Of a stretch of 64,000 nucleotides of DNA, positions 13,301 through 25,300 are shown in pieces. Below the pieces are notes generated by a model. It made no database searches, was not told the DNA's origin, and was given only the letters and a program-made list of their open reading frames with translations. Each line of letters begins with the position of its first letter. The first letter of the stretch is position 1. A program made the position numbers and the translations under genes. Origin of the DNA: Veleropilina oligotropha (Eukaryota); NCBI GenBank assembly GCA_048128005.1, contig JBEUKZ010000129.1, positions 186,001 through 250,000 of the forward strand, written 5' to 3'.

Positions 13301-16300
13301 TACCAACCTAGTTTAGGTCCCAATAAACCTGCATACCAAAATTTGAATTCCCTAGATGTTACGGTTTTCCTTATATCATGTTCATGTCGTCGGAAAAGGA
13401 AAGTTTGTGGAAAAAGGGGGATAACTGTGCAAATATTTGGCAGAATAATCTGAAATTCAATAGCAACCTAGGTTATGTCCCAATAAACCTGCATACCAAA
13501 TTTGAATTCCCTAGCTGTTACGGATTTCCTGATATCCCGTTCACGTCGTCCGAACGGAAATTTTTTCGAAAAAGGGGGATAACTGTGGAAATATTTGGCG
13601 GATTATCTGAAATTCAATAGCAACCTAGTTTATGTCCCAATAAACCTGCATACCAAATTTGAATTCCCTAGCTGGTACGGTTTTCCTGATATCGTGTTCA
13701 CGTCATCCGAAACGAAGGGGAATAACTGTGCAAATATTTGGTGGAATATTCTGCAATTCAATAGCAACCTAGTTTATGTCCCAATAAATCTGCATACCAA
13801 ATTTGAATTCCTAGCTGTTACGGTTTTCCTGATATCCCGTTCACGTCGTCCGAAAAGGAAATTTTGTCGACAAAGGGAGATAACTGTGGAAATATTTAGC
13901 GGATTATCTGAAATTCAATAGCAACCTAGTTTATGTCCAAATAAACCTGCATACCAATTTAATTTCCTAGCTGGTATGGTTTTCCTGATATCCTGATATA
14001 AGGACAGATGGGGACGGACGGACTACGTGACGACATAATCCCATCGATGGGATAAAAAAATTAGTATGCTACAGAATTGTTATCAACATGATATATATCA
14101 GAGATTTTGAGTGAGTATTTCCTTCAGCACCTGTATTTAGTGTCGATCCGTCCTTCAGGCTTGGAGGTTGTGTGACGTAGGAGTTATAGAACTCTCATAA
14201 TGTGAGTAAGTGAACGTTACTGGATTGAGGGTTGATCCGTCCTCCTCTCGGAGGTTGTGTGACGAAGGAGATGTACAACTCACATTATGTGTGACTGAGT
14301 AACTGAATGCACCTGGATTGAGGGTCATCCATCCTCCTCTCGGAGGTTGTGTGACGTAGGAGATGTAGAACTCACATTAGGTGAGTAACTGAATGTACCT
14401 GGATTGCGCGTCGATCCGTCCTCTTGGCTCGGAGGTTGTGTGACGTAGGAGATGTAGAACTCACATTATGTGTCACTGAGTAACTGAATGTACCTGGATT
14501 GAGCGTTGATCCATCCTCTTGGCTTGGAGGCTGTGTGACGTAGGCGATGTAGAATTCGATCGCCTTCTGAAGCCACTTATACAGCTGCTTACTCGATAAA
14601 TCCAGACGGCACTTGTCCAGAACAAGAGGTAGAACATCGCAAACTACAGAAACAAAGCAACAGACATTAAATAAGATAATGGTAACGGTCGAGATCACTT
14701 GACATCACATTAAAACACAGTTGCCATTTTTATATTTGTTTAAACGCTCCATTAATTTTTGGGAATGGAGCGCTATTTTGAATAGCTCTCTATTATTACG
14801 CAAACAAAAGAGAGTGAAATCAGACATCGTGCAATAAATCCAGAACGTTTAATTTCAAACTGAAATGGCATCTCTGTTGCACATTTATTACGATAACGCA
14901 CATTTTGTATAATATATCCATTGTATTGTCGTAATCACTTTACAACTGAGGGTGAAATAAAATGATGTGAAATAAATCCAGATTGTTTAATATCCAATTG
15001 AAATTAAATCTTTGTTAAATTATGATAGCGCACACTTTGAAAATTTACATCGCACTGTGTCTGTCGGTATTCACTTGTTGCACACATTAAAAATCCTGCG
15101 TGTCGCTTTTATACTCCTGCTGCATTGAGTTAAAATGAGATTTCAAGTTCACTGTTCAGGTAGTGAAATTTTCTCACCCACTAGCGTATTTTCTCTTCCG
15201 AATGCCATGCCATCTGTTTTTCGACTGAATTAAATTCTACAATATTATGTTCAAGTGGTGACGGTGAACTGGGACTACTCGTGGAAATCGTTTAAACCGT
15301 TCTCTACAAACCAGATTTAATTATTTAAATTAAAATAAAAGAGCATAACTTAATAACGGACAGTTCAGAAAATGAAATACCCTAGCAAGAAATTGTCAAC
15401 ATTGCGCCTCGTAACACTCCATTCCTGAAAAAGAATAAGCCTCGACCCCTTCAGGGCCTCTGCTACATTATTTTCAGGAATGGAGTCACTCGACCTTTCT
15501 CCTTAACATAACCTCCCTGGTTATGGGCCTGATCCACTCTCTCTGAGAGCATTACAATGTCATGCATGCATGGCACAAGTGCTTGATTACATACCAAGTA
15601 GCTTTCTGTAGCAGTTGACTGGCGTGAGTCCCTGTTGGCCTCTTTCTACATTCAATAATGTTTCCACCAATTTTAGCTAAAAGTTAATACATTGACATTA
15701 TGATAAATACATATTATATAATTTTATCATCACTATGTATGAGAATTCATATTTGAATTCTGACAAACATCAAGTCAAAGCAAAATTCTGAAACAAATCT
15801 ATTAGATATGACAAATTCCAGATAAAATTATGAAAAATTACGTTTGTGACTATTAAATGACCGATCTGCTGTCTGATATTCAAATACATTGACCGCAGAA
15901 ATTCAATATTTTCAACCGTAGAAGAAAGTACTATAATATGAACTCTCTTGAGATGAATGATGAATTAGTAATATCTCAGTCATTGTTGCTGTGTAAAATT
16001 AAACTTTGTAAGTACTAATTAATTACATGTACTCAGCCATAAGTACCGGTACCCAAAACCATTCTTACAAACATGTTATGCATACATTTTGGACAAATCA
16101 TACCTGTTTGATGAAGATCATATTTGATCAATTTCTTCACTTAATTTTGTGGAAATATCTATTAAAACCATATCTTTGATCAGTCAGACACAACTCGTGA
16201 TGTCTTTAAGGACAAACCGCTTATAGCACACAAGATGAATCACAATCTCCGTGACATCCTCATCAGAACAGCCTTTCCTAACGCAAACACACTCAACCGG

Positions 16301-19300
16301 GCCACCCACAAAGTACCCATGTAAAGGGTGAAAAATCCAACTGCAGCAAATGCATTTGGATTTCCAGGAAAACACATTTCCAGAGTTCCCACATCAAAAA
16401 ACGTTTCAAGAAAAAAACGGTCGGTGACTGCAAATCAAAGAACTTAATCTATTTGATCACCTGCGGACTCTGCAAATCACAATATGTCGGCCAAACCAAA
16501 CGAGAATTCAAGATGCGTCTTAGCGAACATCTCCGCTATGCCAGACTCAACAAAGATGAGCCGACTGGAGTCCATTACAACAAACCGGAACACTCATTCC
16601 GCAATATGGTATTCGACATAATCGAAATTGTAAACTACGACCCCAGTCTCCCAGAGGCATTAACTCTGCGGCATAAACGAGAACAGTACTGGATCTTCCA
16701 ACTGCACACCCTAAAACCCGTTGGTCTAAACTGCTTCGATCTAACCGGAGACTAGTATCCCTACTTGTTCTTAAATCTTTCTTTAGTCTCCGGATAGATC
16801 GAATGCGGTGCCGCGCACTAACTGACATTTTATTGTCCCGGATTCACTTATGAATCCATGACGTCACACTTACCACTAGTTTGTGACGTCACGTCATACG
16901 TCATCATTATGTTCCCGAGAGCAATCATATTGCCTTCTTATTTCTTTTCGTTTCCAGTCTAGTTTGTAATGTTCTCCTGTAATACCTGCGACCGGACATA
17001 CAAATGTCGGAGTTCCTTATATCGATCGACATCAACAAATTCATAGAAAAAAATCTTTCATTTGTGAATTTTGTCGTTATCCATTCACCCGAAGTGACAG
17101 CAGGAAAGACCACCTCCTCACTGCACACTCAACTCAACCAGTTCGCGCCCACACAACTGGTACCACTATCCCAGTTGCGAACGCAACGACCCATGTACAA
17201 CCGGACATCACACCAACGATCGCGACCGGATCGGACGCACCGGTACATGTTTTAGAATCACCATCTCCGTACTCCTCACCTAAAGCATCCGCCCTTGAAG
17301 CCGACATTTCGACTTCTTTTCTGGATCTTTTAACTGAGAACAATATCATTATCTGTCCCAATACTGTGGAGCTGCCATCGGACCACGCCCGACATAATTC
17401 TATCGAGCCGGACAATTTCGACTTCATAGAATCCATCATTTCGGATGCTAAGCGTCGTTTCACCGCACCCCAGATGTTACAACCATATGGAAGCACGAGT
17501 CCATTTATCAATGTCACGGACAATTTAAACACATTACCGACAGTATGGCATTGGAGAGGACACACACCATTGGAAGGAACACATCGTTCCCTACAATCTA
17601 CGACTAAGAACATACGATCTGCTATTGCTGTTAGCAAATTTATAGCAAAAAATCTTAAATAATATATTTCACATAAAAAAACAGAACATACAATTTGAGT
17701 GTACCCTTTATTATTTAAATACATAAAAGTTAACATATAACATTTGTATTTTCTCGCTATACAGGGAGGGATACTTGCAATACAATTATTGCATCATTAT
17801 CACACAGTGTTATCCCTTGTTTATCTTTGATAAAGCCGCTTTTATACAGGTATATAAAATGCATATATCATGGAATTTTCGCAGTAAATACCAGATACAT
17901 ACCGGATATACACCGGATACATACCGGATCCACCGGAGACATACCGGATACACACCGGATACATACCGGATACATACCGGATACACCATTGGAAGGGTAT
18001 AAATAGACCTCCATTATCTAAACTCTCATTTTCCTCTGATGAAGATACATCTAGTATCGAAACCGGTCAGGACAACCCAGGCGCACCCCGGAATGCAAAT
18101 TAGTAGTATCCCGCTCTTTATCTATTACAAGTACCACGGTCCGATATGTCTCGCCCTTTAAATATATATATCAATGTATCATAAAATTCCATTCAATGAA
18201 AACCTTTAACCGAAAAAACTTTAACCGAACAAAACTTTAACCGAAAATGACACGCCGACGACGACGACGCCGGAACATGTAATCCCTAAGTCTCGCTTTC
18301 CCTTCGGGGCGAGACAAAAACCATATTTACTTCCCAAATACATAGTATTAATGCAATTTAAAGATTATCGTAAAGCTTAGTACCCCATGTTCAGTGACCA
18401 AGTTTGGAAATTTTCTCATCGCCAATAGCAACAGACGACATTGCTCCAGAATATCGCTGATCGTCTCGGCAACAATCAGCAGCATCTGACACTGCACCTG
18501 TGTCGGAATGGCAGCAAATATTTCTGGAAAAAGTATAAATTGTTCATATCTGAATTCTGATCTTCTTTCTTGGATGCAAATTTCAATATTAAAATCAGAT
18601 CTTGAAATGTAGAATTTTAAATTTAATTAGAGCTCTGCGTTTTGAAAGTCGTATGTCTCATAAAGTTGAGAACTCGAATGTTCTTATCTCTGTATCTTCG
18701 TTAGAAGTCAACTCCATACAATTATGGAATAAATTATTCATGCTGTCAAGAATTACATCGATAATAAATAGTAAATATAAATTTACTTACTTTGAAACAA
18801 AAAAATCGCAAAACGGTTACGACGTTTCGGTCATGTTATGACGGTTTATGACACATCGATTCTCCTGCCACGTAGAGCGCTACGTCATAAACCGTCATTA
18901 TGTGACCATGGTCTGTATTTGACGGACCAAAACATCGTAATCGTTTCGCAATTTTTTGTGTCAAAGTAAGTAATTCTATATTTACTATTTATTAACTCCA
19001 TACAACTCGTCATGAAAATGTATGAGATGGTGCATTTTATGGACAATTAACATAAGTGAACTTTATATGAGATCTTGTACTGCAAAATATCACACATGTC
19101 AATCATTTAATTGGCAGACGTGTAAAACATACATGAGAGCAAGAGGTACCTGTGTGAAGTTGTGTTCGCGCATCAGTCGCATCGGACTGCATTGCTTCCA
19201 GCAAAGTGTGTATTTCTGCCCAGAGTTGAGGATTTTGAGGAAAAGCTTGAAACCTAGAAACAAGAAAAGTTATTTGACATTAAAAAGCTGCAACATATCA

Positions 19301-22300
19301 GATGTGTGATGCAGGGGTCTTACAGACATGAAAGGTGTCACTTGTCAAGATGGCCCTCCAGCATATTAGTTACAAGACATCATGCTTTTAATATATCACA
19401 TTTTTGATAAATATGATACTTTATGTTTAACCACTGTTGACCTTAACAATTAACAGTACAACCAAAATGGTCAACTATGAGTCTGACTCTAATGCATTTT
19501 CATATACATACCAGAGGGAATCAGGCAAGGATGAGTGGCTATAATACTGGACAATGGAGGTAAAGACCTGAGTATATTAGTTAATAGTATATATGTGAAT
19601 GTCAGAAATTTTCAACATGAATGTCGTCTCAATTGCACACATTCATATCATCTTTCAAACCTGATAGATTCAATTCAAGGCTGAAACAAGAGCTAAAGCT
19701 CAAAATGGCTCGCATCACTTATATTTCAGGAGTACATGTATTGTGTCTACATTCAATAGTAGATGACATTATCAATTTGAGAGAGACATATAAAGCAAAT
19801 ATAAAAAGTTGTATGAAGAGCAAAATATTCTAAGTCCAAATTGCTATTTATGTGCAAAATTTAAATAAAAATTGCTTTCAATATTTCTACTCTAGAGTTA
19901 GATGACAATGAAATAGTGATATCTGACAAAGGAAGATGCCAAAGTTTGCCTATTGTAGCATATATAGCATGTTATAAAGCAGCATTTTATGGTAAATTTT
20001 GATTTAAACTAGAATTATCACAGAAGTGACCGTATGCCCCCACAAAAGGACTTGACCCATGAACAGGCTGTCGCAGTGACCTACTTTTGGTACCCGACAC
20101 ACCTTTGGGATATGAAGCATGCACACATCAAGTTTCGCGTCCCTCGGTCAAATAGTATGGGAGACATGGGAGCTGAAGGGAATTTTGGACTGAATGCGGT
20201 CAAGCGTGGAAAGTAGGTCACAGTGACCTACTATTGGTATGCGATACACCTTTGGGTTATGATGCACCCACACATCAAGTTTGGTGTCCCTATGTCAAAT
20301 ATCATGGGAGATATGGAGTGGGAAGGAATTTTGGACCAAACGCAGTCAAACGGGAAAATTAGGTCGTGGTGACCGACTTTTGGTACGCGGCACACCTTTG
20401 GGTAAAGATGCATGCACACATCAAGTTTTGTGTCCCTTGGTCAAATAGTATGGGAGATATGGATCGAAAGGGAATTTTTGATCAAGTGCGATCAAGCGTG
20501 AAAATTGGGTCGCGATGACCTACTTTCGGTATGCGACACACCTTTGGGTTATGACGCATCCACATATCAACTTTCGTATCCCTAGACGAAATATTATCGG
20601 AGATATGGAGCAGAAGGGAATTTGCAACAAACCGACCGACAGACAGACAAGCTGACTCCTATATATGCCAGAAGGAAATTCAATATTATTTATTTAGTGC
20701 GAGGCAATGATGAAATAGTGATATCTAGCATATAGAAATGTTAAAACATGCATATTGTGGCTTATATAACATGATTGAGAAACTTTAACCAAAAACTTTA
20801 ACCTGAGAACCAATTGTTGACGCCGGTCGGACAGACGGACGGACAGACGGCCAGACGACATGCTCATTACATAGACTCGCATTTGCGTTGAATGCGAGCC
20901 AAAAATTGTTGGTGTGCTGTGGTAGCACCATCCATCCATCATAAATTAGGTAATAGACTTCTCAAAGGCTTTTGACAACATGCCTCCCAAGAGGTTGCTG
21001 CATAACTGATGGCCTATAGAATACATGGTCCCATCCACTCGTGGACATTATTATTTAAAGCCACTTCATCAAGGCCAGAACTATGAAAGTGGTATCAAAG
21101 GGGAGATAATTAACTGACCCAACATCAGGGGATGAGGTTTTCCAAAAAGGCAGGTACCATCCTCTGACCACTCCGATTTCTATTCCATATCAATGCCATC
21201 CTGAAATGTGCCAAGTTTCATGTCAACTCATTCACGGAAGACTGTTTTAATTCTCTATCTATCTAGATGACTGGCGACTGATTAATTGAAGACGAAGACG
21301 GCGGCAACACTTACCACCGCTTAAGGACAAACGCTGTAACCTCAGGCTAATTATTTGCTACAAGAATAGTTCTACAGAAATTTTATCCAAATAAACTAAC
21401 AAACTGTATATACTTCACACATACATTTCCTCAAGGAGATGAGCAGCTTCAGATACATTTCTCCCAGCCTTCTCTAACGCATATTGTTCGAACTGAAAGA
21501 TAAAAAGGAGAGTTATTTAGTCACAATAAATTAATAGCAAGCACGCAGTGCGAGCTCTTCACATAAATGCGTATAAGTAAAAGATTAAAGAACGAATGAA
21601 TACAAGGCAGGGTTAGATCTGCCATGCGCCAAATTCGCCAATGGCGAAGTTAGCTTAACTTTGGCGAATAAAAAATCTGGTTGCCGAATTTATTATTTAT
21701 TAGTTTCTCTAAATAAAACGTTATCAAAACGAATAGAAGAAATAGAGATAACATAAAAACATTAGAACACCTGATGAAAATTTCATTAAATGATGACCCT
21801 GTCGACCTTGAATATTCTTTTTAGAAGTGGTCAACAATGAAGAAACCCCAATTTCTCAAGCAAAGACACTGGTGTTAGTTTGACGATGTGTAATATTGCA
21901 AAACTTTCATATCATAAAAAGTGATTTTGAAAGTTATTATAACAATCTTTGACAAATAATCCTCATACTCAATGATCATCATATTCAATTGAAAACTATT
22001 GCAAATATGGACAACAATACACTTGGCGAAAAAAAGAATATCAATTGGCAAATAAACTAGAGGTACGATCCTCATACAGGCCCGCCTTTTGGATATATAA
22101 ATCCATAGAGAGGAAAATAATCAATAACTCTATATCTTCAAAGTGCCATCTGGAACGGAAATACGCGAAAATGACCTTGACCCTTGACCCAGAGACTCCA
22201 TTTTTTAACTTAACCAAGGCCTGATGGTATACAAGGTGCATACCCAAGATGAAAGCTGTAGGTCCAGCGGTTCATCTTCTATGTGACAGAAAGCAATCTT

Positions 22301-25300
22301 CGAAGTGCCAGAACGGAAATACACGAAAATGACCTTGACCTTTGACCCAGCGACCCAATCTTTGAACTTGGGCTAGGCCTGATGGTATACAAGGTGCATA
22401 CCCAATATGAATGGTGTACGTCCAGCGGTTCGTCTTCTATGTGACAGAAAGCAATCTTCGAAGTGCCAGAACGGAAATACACGAAAATGACCTTGACCTT
22501 TGACACAGCGACCCCATCTTTGAACTTGGGCTAGGCCTTATGGTATACAAGGTGCATACCCAATATGAAAGGTGTAGGTCCAGCGGTTCGTCTTCTATGT
22601 GACAGAAAGCAATCTTCGAAGTGCCAGAACGGAAATACACGAAAATGACCTTGACCTTTGACCCAGCGACCCCATCTTTGAACTTGGGCTAGGCCTTATG
22701 GTATACAAGGTGCATACCCAATATGAAAGGTGTAGGTCCAGCGGTTCGTCTTCTATGTGACAGAAAGCAATCTTCGAAGTGCCAGAACGGAAATACACGA
22801 AAATGACCTTGACCTTTGACCCAGCGACCCCATCTTTGAACTTGGGCTAGGCCTTATGGTATACAAGGTGCATACCCAATATGAAAGGTGTAGGTCCAGC
22901 GGTTCGTCTTCTATGTGACAGAAAGCAATCTTCGAAGTGCCAGAACGGAAATACACGAAAATGACCTTGACCTTTGACCCAGCGACCCCATCTTTGAACT
23001 TGGGCTAGGCCTGATGAAATACAAGGTGCATACCCAATATGAAAGGTGTAGGTCCAGCGGTTCGTCTTCTATGTGACAGAAAGCAATCTTCGAAGTGCCA
23101 GAACGGAAATACACGAAAATGACCTTGACCTTTGACCCAGCGACCCCATCTTTGAACTTGGGCTAGGCCTGATGGTATACAAGGTGCATACCCAATATGA
23201 AAGGTGTAGGTCCAGCGGTTCGTCTTCTATGTGACAGAAAGCATCAGGCGACGGACGACGGACGGACGACGGACGGACGACGGACGGACGCCAGTACACG
23301 GCTATAGCCCTGCCTTTAGAAGGCGGGCCAAAAATGAATTTGAATAAATTGGCGAATTTGATTCCAAAGCCAGGGCTAACCCTGCCAGGGCAGATAACTC
23401 CACCACATACTATAAATTAAAACTCAATGTTACAAAGTGGAAGTGGAATTATCCTCTCCCGGTTATGAGCAACTCGCTAATCTCATAACACGGGATCTAT
23501 ATGTATGAGCTATTTGTGTGCATTAGGTTTGTTATTTAATTACGTTATTATTGTCTTTCTCTGGCTATGTCTTTGTGTACATCGATCTATATATATATTG
23601 TATTATATTGTATTGTCATCATTCTTGCCTTTATTGAATAAGCGACCTAACTTCACACGTTTCGGTAGTCCGCGAAACGTGTAAGGCCATCAATAAAGAC
23701 ATTCATTATTAGATCCCGATATGAATAGGGCTATATATACTAGTAATCTGCGTGATCATCACTAGGTAGCACCTGTAGCATAGTAAGAACACACTGTGAA
23801 TACAAACACTGTAGTAGTGTTAGCAGTTGACAAAATCACAATTTTAAATAAAGTATAATGTGTCATTAAAACAGTTGTAAATCAATTGTCAATTTTGGCC
23901 CACAACTCGCTAATCTCGTAACACGGGATCTATACTTATGAGCTATTTGTGTGTAATAGGTTTGTTATTTAATTACGTTATTGTTCTCTGGTTATATCTC
24001 TTTGCACATGTCGATGCATTGATCTTGTGCCAATAAAAAAAATATCTTGCATTGTCGTCATTCTTGCCTTGATTGAATACGTGACCTAACGTCACACGTT
24101 TCAGTAGTACGAGTCAGCGGTATCACGACAATTCGCCCCCAGAGGCCTAGACAAAAAAGAAGACATCGCAGGGTACGGATTTCATAATTTTTATTTGTGT
24201 ATAATCTCCATTCTGCGTTCGTATCTATAGGTGCTACTTACAACATATTATGATTTGTAAGCGTAATCAATAAAGACATTTCATTGCTGTATTTCCCTGA
24301 CATATACATAATCTGGGTGCTCGTCACTAGGTAGCACCTGTAGCATATTAAATCCAAACAAATTATACTGAAATCTCTATTTATAACGAGCACGAAGTGC
24401 GAGCTCTTATAGGCTAAGATGTGTGTAGAAAATAATGAATTCTCAACAAAATCAAATAGGCTTACCGGTGTTCAAATATGGACGGAAACCAAAAATTGAG
24501 GCATTCTGGGATTGGTTTTGAAAAACATGGAGCTTTTCATTTATGGGTAATAATTATGATAGAATATTTTTTATTTATTTGTCAAGAGTGTCAAGCGCGA
24601 AGCGCTTTAGTCTGGCAGTCAACTGGGATTTTAGGGGTATACCTGGAAGTGGAGTATATACAATGTTTTTTGATTGATTTGGGTCACTGAGACCATAAAG
24701 ATTGAAAATCCGCGTGATGACACCCTGTCATCTTTGGGCAACTTTTCTAATTTGCATAAAACCAAGATGGCCGCCAGTGTTCTATTTGATATACTATAAT
24801 TAAGATATCTCGGCTTCTAGAAGGGATTTTAAAACAATTTAAACTGTTTTAACAGGGCTTTAAGACATTAGGAACCAAATGAAATAATTCTTATTATGAT
24901 TCGAAAACTCCTTCATTTGCATAAATCCAAGATGGCCGCCGTACGAACTACACAATCTTCAATTGTAATATATACTTAACCAAACTGTCTTTTTGTATGT
25001 TTTCGATGACAAGGGACATATTTTAAGCATCAATGACTTTACGACACAAGGAACACAATGGAATAGCTTTAATTATCATTTGACAACTCCATCATTTGCA
25101 TGAAACCAAGATGGCCACTCTCAAATGTCTCATGAGACCGGTTTTATGTCCCCACATTCTGGATACAATTTTGGATACATTTGAAATTCTTATATTACCA
25201 TGTTAATATATTAGCTTTATTTTAATATGCCAATGCTGAACCAGCCATGGCGCATAAATAAATCATTCACATTTCCTCTCCTAAACTACTGTGATATTAT

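Larger units (their letters stand above)
16170..18125 (+). mobile_element. 5'-truncated Penelope-like retroelement (Neptune-type linker) with pseudo-LTR
   Basis: Linker KPLIAHKMNHNLRDILIR plus a Cys-rich segment, then GIY-YIG; TATAAATA at ~17997; hammerhead at 18032-18072; RT absent. Confidence 0.85.

Noticed and set aside
17134..17736. 200-aa minus-strand ORF
   Set aside because: No recognisable motif; it overlaps the plus-strand zinc-finger ORF, which explains the region better.
22279..23299. Repeated 67-aa ORFs (MYFRSGTSKIAF...), also at 53195-53872
   Set aside because: By-products of the 158-bp tandem unit in a non-autonomous element.
23650..23685. Second hammerhead (ACACGTTTCG...CGAAACGTGT)
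   Set aside because: Simple hairpin; the CUGANGA core is absent on both strands.
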